A stretch of DNA of 64,000 nucleotides from Felis catus (lineage: Eukaryota), in assembly GCF_018350175.1 (NCBI RefSeq), contig NC_058368.1, positions 130,140,001 to 130,204,000 on the forward strand, written 5' to 3'. Under the pieces are notes generated by a model that saw only the letters and a program-made list of their open reading frames with translations, made no database searches and had not been told where the DNA came from. Positions 23,576-35,949 of this stretch are shown piece after piece. A program made the position numbers and the translations under genes. Each line of letters opens with the position of its first letter. Within the stretch, counting starts at the first letter, position 1.

Positions 23576-23930
23576 ATTCATCCATTTTACATCCATTTAC
23601 TGCATGAGCACCAGGTGGCAGGCGCTGTTCTAGGCATGAGATGCACCAGTGAACAAAGTGGTGTTTCTGCCTCATGGAACCGCTATTTCAGGGAGTGAGA
23701 CGGAAAAACATTTTGATAACGCCAGACGCTAAATTAAACATGCTGTAAAAGATAAAGCATGCAAATAAATGGAGCACACATTGGAGAGGGTGGTCAAGGA
23801 AGTCGGGGGGCGGGGTGGGCACTAAGGCAGAGACGTGAATAAAGGAGAGCTGTGAGCCATGCAAATACACGTCTAGGACATAAGCATCCCAGGAATAGGC
23901 AGCAGCCAAGGGCAAAGTGCTGAGTTGGGA
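23576..23930 (-). mobile_element. L2 3' region
   Basis: attcatccatt..gagcaccagg..caggcgctgttctaggc..gtgaacaaag..tgcctcatgga. Confidence 0.75.
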
Positions 23931-23979
23931 GTTCAGACTCTCAGTGTTAAACCCAAGGTCTTCCTGCTACTGCATTTGG

Positions 23980-24110
23980 AACGCAATTCCGCTCTGGCCC
24001 ACGGCGCATGTCAGAGATGCAACTGCAGTTGCCCTCAGAGTACACGTGGCTGCGCACGTGATGGTGTGGCTGGTGACGCGCTTCCGGCCACGTGCCCTTA
24101 CGCTCCAAAG
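23980..24110. promoter_or_regulatory. Candidate cis-regulatory element (CpG-retaining, 3 x CACGTG, ETS-like, CRE half-site)
   Basis: CACGTG at 24043, 24055 and 24089; CTTCCGG 24081-24087; TGACG 24074-24078. Confidence 0.45.
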
Positions 24111-24689
24111 ACTCAGCCTCCTCTGTGACTGGCCCTCCTTTGTTCAGTCCTCAATTTTTAGGCAACCCAGCATATTTATTTGTGATCCTCTGGTCTTCCA
24201 AGGGATTGTAAGGAAGGTCATTCTGTTTTCCTAGTTTGCCTTTTGGAGTCACAAAGAACAAACTCAGGCCTTTTTTTTTTTTTTTTTTTAGGTGTTTTTT
24301 GTTTTGTTTGTTTTTTAAACAGGGCATTTCCAGTGTTTCTGGACAGCTCTTGTACAATCCCTTTCTTCATTTTGGCGCAGTCTCTTGGGTCTCTCAAAAA
24401 TTTGTGACATTGTTTCCAACTCCCTTATTTCTTTGTTGCTTGTTTTCTGCACACCCTTTTGATGGTCAAAATCCTTTAAAAACTTGATAGTTAGAACTGA
24501 ATGGCTGTTCTGGATATGATCTGCTGAGTCTCAGGGTGAAAGGGTGAAATCTCCCACGATCTGAGTATTGTGCTGCCTTGATGGGGATGCTCTCCTTTTC
24601 GGTGCTGAAGCCAAAACTGGGAAATGTTGATCTGTATCCTGTTTTTAATTCATATGTAGATTATAAGCAAATAAAGCTATGCCTTGCTC

Positions 24690-24875
24690 AAAAGAGAAGT
24701 TAAATTCAGATTGTGCCATATATTAGCTATTTGTCTTTGGGCATATTACATTTAACCTCTCAGAGCCTAAGTTTTCTTAATATAATCTAATTTATTTCTC
24801 ACTTGCTTGTTGTAATCATTCAGTTTATGCATAAAAAGTGTGAGAGTTTTAGGAGGTATTTAGTAATGGTAGCTC
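24690..24875 (+). mobile_element. MIR (diverged)
   Basis: attagctatttgtctttgggcatattacatttaacctctcagagcctaagtttt. Confidence 0.65.
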
Positions 24876-26631
24876 CTTTGTAGTTACACAATAGTCCATT
24901 CTTTAGGGTTGCATTCTCCTGTCAATTAGTGTCTGAAAAGAAGAAAGCTAAAAGTTATTCCAACCCTCTCAGGTTATGTATGTATTGCCCAGGGACTTAG
25001 AGAAGCTAGACCTGGCTCATGGTAGACCCTCACTAAATGCTTATTTGTTGAATGATCTTCTGGGATTTTCTTTCAGGGAAGCGGGGTGAATCACTGTAGG
25101 TTGGCCTGTGAGACCAGTGGGTGGGTGGTCTCTTAGTTTGCCCATTTCCAGAGTTGGCTTGTCTGCTTACTATTCTCACAGTTATGAGGGTTTGGCAAGA
25201 TGATATAATGGATGTCATTAGTAAATTATAAATAAAAGGCTGCTGCTTGTAGGACCGTTAATTCAGCCTGGCTGCTAAGAGAGCCATTTAGTGCCTTGGA
25301 ATGGGTAATTTGTTAAATGACACATAAGACAGTTGAAAGAATTAACGTTCCTCTCCAAAGAGCAATGTACTCCTTTTTTTAAGTTTGTTCTGCCTAAATA
25401 TTTTTTCACAACCTTGGGTTCCTTATAAGAGAGAAGCTATAAAAACAAACATAATTAGCTTTATTTTCTTAATTAGAGCCATGAGGCCTAGGGAAGAGAC
25501 GTAATCTGCAGAATGGATACTGACACACCTAGAGGAATTTCTGTAGGTAACAGACGTTCGTCAAACTGAATATAAGAAATCACAGATGACGTGTACAGCA
25601 TTGGGAGAACATCTGAACTTGAATGGGACTTTGTCAGATGTGTGACCGTTAAACCTGCTCCACTTTTTATAACCAAGAGCAGTGAGTGTGGCTGCCGGTG
25701 TGAATTTTGGCCCTGGTTCCCTGAGGACTGTAATTTTTCCACCGTGGTGGGACGTAGTTTCCAGCACTAGGTGCCGAGTTCTTCCCATCAGAAAGAGGGT
25801 TCTTGTGTCTTTGTGTCTCTTCTCACCCACACGAGTGTAGAATGCCCACACTGGATCACGTGAGACCATTCGGTTGACAAAGAGCCTGAATGGGAAGGAT
25901 CTGGGGCTATTTGCAGGCTTTTTGGACCTGTCCAGACTGTTTGACTACAAGGAAAAGTTTTAGTCCAAATTAAAACACTGTTTTCACAAAAGCGCTCAAC
26001 CAAAATAATTTATCAACAAGAAGCCCAGTGACTTAAAGATATGGGGGCAGCTTCAAAAGGCAAACTTTTAAGTAATACAGTGTAAAGCCTCCTTAACTCA
26101 TGGGGAGAGAGTGACTTGAGAGACCTAAGTGAATATACACAAAGGGCAGTACTCTGGGATCCCCAGGGAGACTTGAGGCAAATTGTTTGTAACTGATACA
26201 GTGTATTTACCACTGTATGTTTAATGAATCCAGCATACAGTGCTTACCCCATTCAGCTGTTTCAGTGTTTTGCCTGCCCACCCTGAAAATCTCATCCATG
26301 AGGTCATGAAAGAATAATCTGTGAAGATTTGCCATCAAATGGATTTTTCCCCAGGGGAGCCCAGTTTTCACTTGCCTTTTATTGGCATCGATCCTTGGCC
26401 TAATGATGGCCTGAGTTAATAAGTGGGGTTTATAAGGACAATGTTCCCAGACCCAGAGATCCTCAGGTACCATTATAGTGACCTTTTATTTTGATCCCAA
26501 ACTGGACACATGGTCTAATGACCAAGGGTCATATTGTTATTTGGTTTTCCTGGAATAAACCTAGTCTGGAAGCACCAGCTGGAAATCATTGGCTTGGAGA
26601 AGCCAAGAGTGCTGCCTATCTTCAACATTTC

Positions 26632-26857
26632 TTTTCATTCATATATGCTGTAATGTTTATTTGTTTTTGAGAGAGAGACAGAGACCACGAGCTCAAGCAG
26701 GGGAGGGGCAGAGAGAGAGGGAGACCCAGAATCCGAAGCAGGTTCCAGGCTCGGAGCTGTCAGCCCAGAGCCCAACCCAGAGCTTGTACTCATGAACTGA
26801 GAGATCATGACCTGGGCCGAAGTTGGACGCTTAACCCACTGAGCCACCCAGGTGCCT
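26632..26857 (-). mobile_element. Can-SINE
   Basis: TSD atcttca(a/g)catttc. Confidence 0.93.
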
Positions 26858-27874
26858 CGATCTTCAGCATTTCAGAATGGATGCTGCTGATTGCATCAAG
26901 ATAGACCAGTGGGTACCTAACCAGTCTTTCCCCATGTCATCCCTTTCTTCCTCTGTTCCAGGCATGGAATGAAGAGCAAGCAGGACAGAGCTAGTTCTGC
27001 TCATCTTATTCACATGCTTATTCACATGCCAAATCCTGGCTTCCCAGCCACATTCCTCTGATGGTTCCAACTCCTTTATTGTCTCCAGTTTGGCATCTCC
27101 TGAATGAATAGCTATTTAGAAAGCAACCAGAAAGCACACACAGGCTCAAGTCACAGTTTGTCAACTTTGGTGCAGTGACTGATGGAGGAAGAAACATGGT
27201 CAGAAGCGGGGTGTTGAAGAGTGAAATTGCTGAAGGTAGATAAGAGGAGGCTCTGCTGATGGGGGGCAGGGCTGAGTTTTAAGATTGTGCCATTGGTGAG
27301 TGGGCATAGGCAGTTTCCTTTGCGACAGGCCTCATACTGTAGTCAGACACCATGTCTTTCAAAGGTGGTGGCAGCACTTAACTCCTTGTAAATTACAGGC
27401 ATCCCTGATATTTATGCCAAAAGACACTTTCTCCAATATGCAGCAGGAAGGCCAGATGGCCTTGTCATTGCTAATCAGTGGATCACAGGCCCTAGAGAGC
27501 ATGCTGAGGACTCTGGCTTTAGCTAATTAACACAAGCGCCGAGTGAGAGGCAAGAATTAAGCAATCAACTCCTTTCTCTAATTCTTATACATTTTGGAAA
27601 TGTGCCCATGATTAGCTTGCCCTGAAAAGCCTCAAAATAGAGAGAAAAAAAAAACTTGGGCTAAGCAAGAAATGAAAGGAAAACTCCCATATGAACTTGG
27701 AAAGAGAACTTAAGTGAGATGGCCTAATTAGGGCACAGTCAATAAAACCAGAAAGAGTCAAATCCATAATACTTTTTTTGTAGGGAGAATGTTTATTTCT
27801 ATTGATGGAACTTGTGTTAGGTTTTGAGAGTTAAGTGGAATCTGGAGCTCAGTTGGTTGAAGGTAGGTGAGTTA

Positions 27875-28057
27875 GGGGCATCTGGTTCAGTTGGTTGAGC
27901 ATCTGACTCTTGATATTGGCTTAGGTCATGATCTCATGGTTCATGAGATTGAGCCCCATGTTGGGCTCTCTGCCCTGACAATGTGGAGTCTGCTTGAGAT
28001 TCTCTCAATCTCCCTCTCTCTTTCTGTCAAAATACATAAATTAGCCTAAAAAAAAAG
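27875..28057 (+). mobile_element. Can-SINE
   Basis: ggggcatctggttcagttggttgagcatctgactctt...A tail. Confidence 0.88.
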
Positions 28058-28379
28058 AGGTAGACCCTGATAGTCTCTGATTAAATGACAACTTAACAAT
28101 TGATAGAGTATTTGAAGAAAATAAAAGCACTATTAGTCAATCACATATTTTGATTGATATAAAGATGATTCTTTAAATTATTGAGTGCTTCAATAAAGAC
28201 ATTTTTCCTTTTCCTTCCTTTCTTTTTATGCGTTTTATTTTTATATACACAGCATCTAATAGAGTGATTGACACATAGTGAATACTTAAAAATGTTGAGA
28301 AGAATGAATAGCAGATTTGGGACTTGACTTTGTGGTATTATTGCTGTTACATGGCTATTGTGTGGGAAGCTATCAAGCT

Positions 28380-28500
28380 GTTTATTCATTTGTTTGCTAC
28401 ACAAGTAATTACTGGTCTCTTACTATGGGCCTCGGCCCTAGGTTCTAGGGATATAGCAGTGAATAAAACAGACAAGATTGCCTGTCCTCTTGTAGCTGGC
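28380..28500 (-). mobile_element. L2 3' terminus
   Basis: ctagggatatagcagtgaataaaacagacaag. Confidence 0.7.
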
Positions 28501-29004
28501 ATGCTACTATTTTCAGTTAGTATGAATCTTGAAATTTGTGAAGCTTATTGATACTGATATGATTTCTTCTAATATGATATCTTTCTTCCAGTAGGGTAGT
28601 AATATGACAATTAAATGCAGAAATATACCAACTTTGTGGACTCATAACCAAGAGTGTGCATCTCCCTCATTTTCTTGTTGCCCTGCTCCACCCCATTACC
28701 TTACTCAGAGGGTGGAACACTTTACAGGAGGAAGCTGCTTCTACTTCCCTGGTCAGTGTTTGTGTTAGGTATGAAGCCAGTGGGTAGAGAACAGTGTGAC
28801 AATGTGGAACTGTAACCTCTGCTGGCCTGCAGAGAGTCAGTTGGTGAGAAAAAATAGGTGTGCAATATCCAAAGGTCTCTTGGGTGTGCACACTCATGCT
28901 AACTCTTGTTTTATAGATACGTCTAATCCTTTCCTTTATCATGCAGCCTTTGTCTACAGCATACCTTTCTGGCAAAATGTTCTTAAAGTGGTACAAACTC
29001 TAGA

Positions 29005-29522
29005 CTTGTGCTGTCACATATACTAGCTACTAGCTGCATGTAGTTATTCGACACTTGAAATGTGTTTAGTGTGACCAAGAAATTAAATTTTAAATTGTAT
29101 TTGATTTTAATGAATTTTGAACTGATAATTTAGAATTTAGAACTGGACATGTTTTGTGAATATTTGGAACAACATGGTATCTATGGGAATCTATTTTTTC
29201 CAACTGTTAATTTTATGAAATCTAAATACATATCAAGTATTTCCAATTAGAATTTAGTGTCCAAAGTGAGATGCATTGTATGGGTAAAATGCAGACCAGA
29301 TTTCAGAGACTTAGTACAAAAAAGGTAAATTATCTCATAAATAACCTTAAAAATACTGAATTCATATTGAAATGATAATACTTTAGATAAGTTGGATTAC
29401 AGAAAATATATTAAAAATAAATCTCCCTCCCTCTCTCTCTCTCTCTCTCTTTTGCTTTTTAAATAAGTATCAGAAAATGTAAAGCTACATGTGTGACATT
29501 CATTATATTTCTATTAGTGTTA
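29005..29522 (+). mobile_element. hAT-Charlie1/MER33-family non-autonomous DNA transposon
   Basis: cacttgaaatgtg, gacttagtacaaaaaa, catattgaaatgataata landmarks; 8-bp direct repeat actctaga at 28997-29004 and 29522-29529. Confidence 0.8.
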
Positions 29523-30253
29523 CTCTAGATGAAGTGTAGTTTGTTTGTTTGTTTGTTTGTTTGTTTCTTTCTTTCTTTCTTTCTTTCCCATTTATCTGTT
29601 TTTTCCTCATAATAAAATAGCTACCATAGGATGCAAGTGACTGAAGTCACTAACCCATTGGACTTCCTGTGTCAATCTCACTGAAGCATTAACTCTACTT
29701 TATTAAATTCTCAGCATGGCCTTCCTCATGTTACCAGCCAAAAGAATTGTGTTTTCTGTTTCTCCTCTTCTTACTCTACTCCCTCTATTCTTTGTTTCTA
29801 TTGACTTGCAGTTTCTCCATAAACAATTTAACTCACATTATTTCTGCTGCCTAACCTTGACATCTTTCCCCCTTCCTATATATTATAGATTTCTCCTTTG
29901 AAATCCTCCCTCTGATCAGCGTAGACTATGTAACTCACCTGATATTAATCCAATATTGAATACTGGCTAATTTTTTTTTGAGGGGGGTGGATAGTGTCAT
30001 TAAAATTAAAATGAAAAAACACATAGATTTGTTGTTGTTTACATTCATTCTAAATAGTAATTTTTGCAAATGAATTTTTCTTTCTTGACCAGAAGTGTGA
30101 CTGTGTGGTAAGTGTAGTAAGCCAACCGGATGTGGGGAAAAGTTGGCTCATTTTCAGTAATAGCTTTAGTATCAGTAGTTTGGAGAATGGTGGTCTAATT
30201 AACAGGAATAACCAAATGAAGGGGCGGAGCTCTTTTGGGGCTGAAACTGAACA

Positions 30254-30653
30254 TTTTTTTTAATGTTTATTTATTTTTTTTAATTTTTTTTTTCAACATT
30301 TTTTTATTTATTTTTGGGACAGAGAGAGACAGAGCGTGAACAGGGGAGGGGCAGAGAGAGGGAGAGACACAGAATTGGAAACAGGCTCCAGGCTCTGAGC
30401 CATCAGCCCAGAGCCCGACGCGGGGCTCGAACTCACGGACCGTGAGATTGTGACCTGGCTGAAGTCGGACGCTTAACCGACTGCGCCACCCAGGCGCCCC
30501 AATGTTTATTTATTTTTGAGACAGAGTGTGAGAGGGGTGGGGTGGGGGGGCAGAGAGAGAGACACAATCTGAAGCAGACTCCAGGCTCCAAGCTGTAGAT
30601 CGTGACCTGAGCCAAAGACAGACACTTAACCGACTGAGCCACCCAGGTGCCCC
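30254..30653 (-). mobile_element. Can-SINE, outer, with a young SINE in its tail
   Basis: TSD aaactgaac; body at 30501-30653. Confidence 0.88.
30279..30500 (-). mobile_element. Young SINEC_Fc
   Basis: CpGs intact; TSD aatgtttatttattttt at 30262-30278 and 30501-30517. Confidence 0.96.
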
Positions 30654-30748
30654 TAAACTGAACCTCTTTGATTAGGCACGTAAGTTTCCGAGTGCTGGCA
30701 GGCCCGGAGATACATATTTGGCAGCCAGCTACAAATAGAAGCCTACAG

Positions 30749-31175
30749 CTGTGCTGTCCAAAATGGTAAGTGCTAGCCATTGAATTAATTTTTTTTATTA
30801 AAAAAATTTTTTTTAATGTTTGTTTTTTAGAGAGAGAGAGACAGAGTGAGCAAGCACGAGAGGGGGAGGGGCAGAGAAAGAAGGAGTCACAGAATCCAAA
30901 GCAGGCTCCAGGCTCTGTGCTGAGAGCCTGACGTAGGGCTTGAACTCAAACTATGAGATTATGACCTGAACTGAAGTCAGGCGCTTAACCGAATGAGCCA
31001 CCCAGGAGCCCCCACTGAATTTTAATTTAAATTATGTGCTCAGTAGTCACCCATGACTAGTAGTTACCATCCTGGACAGCGCAGCTTAGAACATTTCTTT
31101 TTTTTAAATTGAAATCTATTTGACATCTAACATCAAACGTTTCCATCATCACAGAAAGCTCTTTGGGTCAAGCAG
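30749..31175. mobile_element. MER3-like hAT MITE interrupted by a SINE
   Basis: ctgtgctgtccaaaatggta...ctggacagcgcag..aacatttc..catcatcacagaaag. Confidence 0.7.
30789..31012 (-). mobile_element. Can-SINE
   Basis: TSD ca(t/c)tgaatt. Confidence 0.92.
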
Positions 31176-32754
31176 TAGTCCTAAGGTTGCGGCTGGCTGT
31201 TGTTGGAGAGGTTTGGGGTCACTGACATAGAGATGATAGCTGAAATTGGGAACTAGATGAGGTCACTGGGGTGAATAAGGTGTAATTAGAGAAGAAAGAC
31301 AGGCCCCAACCTAGGAAAACTCCCATTTTAACACAGTGAGCAGAAGAGGGAGATGAAAATGACAAAGATAATTATACTTTTCTTACTATATTGCACATCA
31401 AGAAAAGAGAAATGCTTTGTACACATCGTGAACCTCTTGTCTAATGACTATTGATGGAATACCATAAGGTACACAATGACAATGAAAGATACATTGCATT
31501 ATAAACTGATTTCTTGCACCAAAGAAACAGATTGTGGCAGTGGATCATTTCTGTAAAGGAATAAGTGAGCTGGTTTGGGGACTTTTTTTTTTTTCCCCTG
31601 AAACTTTAAGTGAGTTAAGGTTTAAAGTTTAGATGATTAATGTGTTTGATAGAATCCCTTTCAAATACAATTTGCTTTAATAAGCTTTTGGCAAGTACAG
31701 GGTAACAATTTATGACTCTGTTCTGAAACAAGTCCTTGTGATACAGGTGCTCTACTCTTTTGGTTAAAGGAAGTGCCTCATTCTTCAGATCCCAGGCATG
31801 AGGCAGGCAGAATCAGACTTCTCTGGGAGTCCCAGAGCCTGAGTTGAATTCTTGTCCAGACCAGGGATACTCTAGAGGTATGATCTTTGGAGGATGTGAG
31901 GTTGACTGAAAAGGGTGGTGATGTTTTCTTTAGATGTGTTCATGTCCTTGAATTCATGGATTGCCTATAAATTTGGACAAATATATGCCTCAAAACTGGA
32001 ATTATGTTTCATCTTAACTTGAGACACATAGTTTGGGCATAAAAAAAGAACTGTACAAACATTATACAATAGCTATTTTGACCATTAAGATGTCACTTGA
32101 AAGCTCCTTGACTGTATCGCCCTTGAAAAATACCTGGTATAGTGTAAGAGATAACTATATTCTAAAGAGCCAACACGATAAATTGGATATAAAAGGAGAC
32201 TTAAGTAAAACTATTCATTGTGGATATTTAGTATTTTCAATTTGATTGTCAACAAATGTCTATCCCATTTTTCTTTAGAGTAGCTAATGTTGACCTACTC
32301 TTTAGAAGAAGTAAATTAGAATTTTATGTGGTACTTAAGACTACTCTTAATCAGAAATAATTCTACAATATCAGAAAAAGAAAGATTATTTTTTTCCTCT
32401 CTGAACTGTGACTTATTGTCACCTCATGTCCCCTCTTCCCAATTGTTTTTCCAGTCCAGCAGAAACATACACTCATCTCCTCAAGGGAGCTCCCAAGCAA
32501 CATGAACATACCTCTACTTGGCATGTAAGCCACGATTTGGGCTCCTTTACTAGACTTTGAGCCCCTGATGGACGTGGTAACTCCTCATTGTTCTTTGTGT
32601 TCTAGTCTTCTGGACTGGCATTGGGGTCTCAGTAATTTATTTATTGTTTCCCTGCCTCTTTCCACAAAATATATGAGGCAGCTAATAAATAAATCTTTGT
32701 TGATTTTTGTTGGTAAGTTTCTGCTTGTTTGATAAGCTAAGCATGCATTTACTT

Positions 32755-33078
32755 TCATTAGTTTGCCGAATTTGCCATAACTAAACACCACAGACTGGAT
32801 GGCTTAAACAATTAGAAGTGTTGCTAGGATTTATGAGACTTTTCTCCTTCCCTTGCAGGTGGCTGCCTTATGTCTGTGTCTTTATACCTTTCCCTGGTGC
32901 ACATGTGCTCTTGACACAGAAATTTTATAATCCATAGATTGGATTATAGCTCACCCTAATAGCTGTATTTTAACTTAACCACCGCTTTAAAGGCTCTCTT
33001 CAAATACAGTTATATTCTGAGGTATTGTCCTAACTTCAACATATGAATTTTGGAGGGGACATATTTAGCCTATAACAC
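32755..33078 (-). mobile_element. MaLR LTR (MLT1A-D-like)
   Basis: ccacagactggatggcttaaacaa ... acttcaacatatgaattttggaggggaca...ataaca. Confidence 0.8.
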
Positions 33079-33617
33079 ATTTTATTCAAATGTTATACCA
33101 AGTTATTAAAAAAAAGAAGTGAAAAGAAATATAGCTAGGACATGACCCTAAACTGTGTCACATAGCATTAGGATTTTATCTGATGAAAGATTGTTTCTGT
33201 TCATCCCCATTTTATAACTAGGAGAATCAAATGGTTTGATTCAGAGACCAAATAAATGGACAGTATTTTATTAAAGAGTTGAGGAGATTCTGCCTTAGAA
33301 ACAACTAGAATAAGTAGTTTGGCAAGTAATGGGTCCTACCTCTCAGATGAAGTTCTCAATAATTCTGAAAGCAAGATATTTTCTAGAATTCTTTTCAGTC
33401 AAGTAGAGAGATGGTTTAGAGCAGATACATTTACTGGAAGGATCCTGTCAGCGATAAAGTGCAGAGGGTTTACTAGAGGTCTACATGAAAATGTGTTAAA
33501 AGAATAGCTAACTTAATCTATTTTGGGAATAAAAATGTAAACATCAAAACAGTACTTACTGGTAATTTCCTTTGCTGTTTTGGTTATCAGCCAGCATTAT
33601 TCATAATTTATTTGTGA

Positions 33618-33621
<4 letters not shown>

Positions 33622-33667
<46 letters not shown>
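33622..33667. repeat. (TG)n microsatellite
   Basis: About 23 perfect GT units. Confidence 0.98.
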
Positions 33668-33671
<4 letters not shown>

Positions 33672-33869
33672 AGATATTTGTTGTCCTACATCTATTCAAA
33701 GTGACAATTTAAGTGAGGCTGCTAGTTGTGTGTCCATACAGATTTACTTTTATGTCTTTGGAAAGGGACCAGCTTCAATTAAAGCTCTTTAACTCTGACT
33801 TGGATGTGTGGTTCATACAGACTTCAACCAAAAGTAATGCTTTTCTTTGCCAAGTGTTTGTACCAGAAA

Positions 33870-34330
33870 GGCCAGTCATTGCTTCCACCAATCACTTCAT
33901 CTTAGTTCCTACATATCCTTCTTGAAAGACAGTCTGTGCCCTCACATCCTGATGAGTGGGCAATAGATCATGCAGTTGTACTCCCTACTCTCCCATGAGA
34001 GAAAATGGAGTCAGGAGTGAACAAAATAGTCCAATAAGATTCTTCTTCCTGGGAATGTGTAGTTGGACTCAGAGATTCTAATCTCTGTAGATACCTGAGA
34101 GAAGAAGCTGACCAAAGTATAGTGGGGACAGAGGGAGGTGGGGAGGGCAAATAAAGAAGCAGACTTGAAAGACCATGTGGTTCCTGAATGATAGAAGAGT
34201 AACTTGTTTCTGACTTCCTAGTTCCTCATACTGGTTTTCTGGAAGTTTGGTTTTACTTATTGGCCTTGGGATTTATTAGATATTTCTTCAGCCAGCCAAT
34301 AATGCCTCTTGTTTACTTAGGATCACTTGA
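33870..34330 (+). mobile_element. Possible old ERVL LTR (LTR16/LTR33-like)
   Basis: ccaataagattcttcttcctgggaat..gactcagaga motif; very diverged. Confidence 0.35.
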
Positions 34331-34456
34331 CCTTTTTAACAGATTTCACTAAGGTGATTGTAGCAATAAATGGCTTCACCAAGAGCGTGCACCCTTGTGT
34401 GTATCAGTCGTAGAACTATTGGTATTTACAGTTGACTTTAGAATATCAATGTTTTC

Positions 34457-34666
34457 GGGGCACCTGGGTGGCTCAGTTGGTTAAGCGACCGACTTCAGCT
34501 CAGGTCATGATCTCGCAGTTTGTGAGTTCGAGCCCCGTGTCGGGCTCTGTGCTGATGGCTCAGAGCCTGGAGCCTGCTTCAGATTCTGTGTCTCCCCTCT
34601 CTCTACCCCTCCCCTGCTCACGCTCTGTGTCTATCTCTCAATAATAAATAAACGTTAAAAAAATTT
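34457..34666 (+). mobile_element. Can-SINE
   Basis: Intact A/B boxes (tggctcagttgg, gttcgagcc); TSD agaatatc(a/g)atgttttc. Confidence 0.96.
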
Positions 34667-34904
34667 AGAATATCGATGTTTTCATTGAATGATCCTTTTC
34701 AGGACACATGAATGATCAATAAAACCATTAATAACAATTCAATGAACAAATGCATGCTAATTATTACTTACTATGCTGGATGTTATCATATTTCAGATGC
34801 ACTGTATTCCTCAGTCTCGACAAAACTGTGTGAGGTAGGTGCCTTGGTGGTCTCCGCTGTGGAGAGGAGGGACTGGAGGCTTAAAGCAGTGAAAGGAAAG
34901 CTTC

Positions 34905-35446
34905 TGTTATAACTGGCCCTCTCCTGTTGAGCATGGATCCTGATGATTGTTGTCTGCTGGTGTTCACACCTTTAAATCTTCCCATCTAGAATCAGGGCTG
35001 GTCTGGATGACTTCTATAATATAACAGAAGTGACCATGTGGTTTCTGAGATTAGGTCATGAAGTGAGTTTCATTGTTTATCTTGTTTTCTTGGGTTGCTC
35101 ACTGTGGGGGAAGTCAGTCACCATTTTGAGAGGGTGTCAAGTCGCTCTGTAGAGAGCCCACGTGTAGAGGAATTGAGGCCTCCCACCAAAGCCAGCCCCA
35201 ACGTGTTAGCCACATCAGTTAGCCTCTTTGGAAGTAGATCCTCAGTTTCCCAGAAAGCTTTGAGATGACTCCAGCTTCGGCCAACACCTGGCTGCAGTGT
35301 TGAGGAAGCCTGAGCCATAAGCACCCAGTCAGGCTACTTGTGAATTCCTAACCTATAGAAGCTGTGAGGTGCCATAAATGTTCCGTGTTGTTTTAAGCCT
35401 TTAAGTTTTAGAGTAATTTGTTGTACTGAAATAGGCAAACAATACA
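34905..35446 (+). mobile_element. MaLR LTR (MLT1F-like)
   Basis: agcccacgtgtagaggaattgaggcctcc, ttggaagtagatcctc, tgttgttttaagcc..taatttgtt..aataca end. Confidence 0.8.
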
Positions 35447-35738
35447 CTTTATGTGTTTGTAGATCTGATTGAAACCTTTTTGTGAGTAGAAAAAATGTCT
35501 CTTTGCACTTCTTTTTTAATTTAATTTGTAGCCAGTATCTGGTATGTGGTTATTCAAGTGAATTAGTAAGCGTGACTCTGGAAAATAGAGCTGAATAAGA
35601 GAATGAGAGGTAGTCAAGGTTAGCCACCAGTTAACATGTTACTGCTGTGTAATTGGTTATGTATTATGTGACAAAACACCTTTTCACTTGTGAGGATCCA
35701 AGGAAGGTATTGAATGTCAGTAATTAAAAACACTTGTA

Positions 35739-35949
35739 GAGACGCCTGGGTGGCTCAGTAGGTTAAACGTCCAGCTCTCGATTTTGGCTCAGGTCATGAT
35801 CTCATGGTTCCTGAGTTTGAACCCTGAGTCAGGCTCCATGCTAACTGCACGGAGTCTGTTTGGAATTCTCTCCCTCTCCCTCTCTCTGTGTCCTTCCCCT
35901 GCTTGTACTCTTTCTCAAAATAAATAAATAAAACTTAAAAGAAAAAAAA
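35739..35949 (+). mobile_element. Can-SINE
   Basis: gacgcctgggtggctcagtagg...aaataaataaataaa. Confidence 0.92.

Noticed and set aside
34457..34540. tRNA gene suggested by A and B boxes
   Set aside because: tRNA-derived SINE head followed by CT body, A tail and TSD; the same applies to all other copies
34432..34644. Recurrent ORFs such as WVAQLVKRPTSAQVMIS...SLEPASDSVSP seen throughout the window
   Set aside because: Conceptual translations of Can-SINEs, not a protein family
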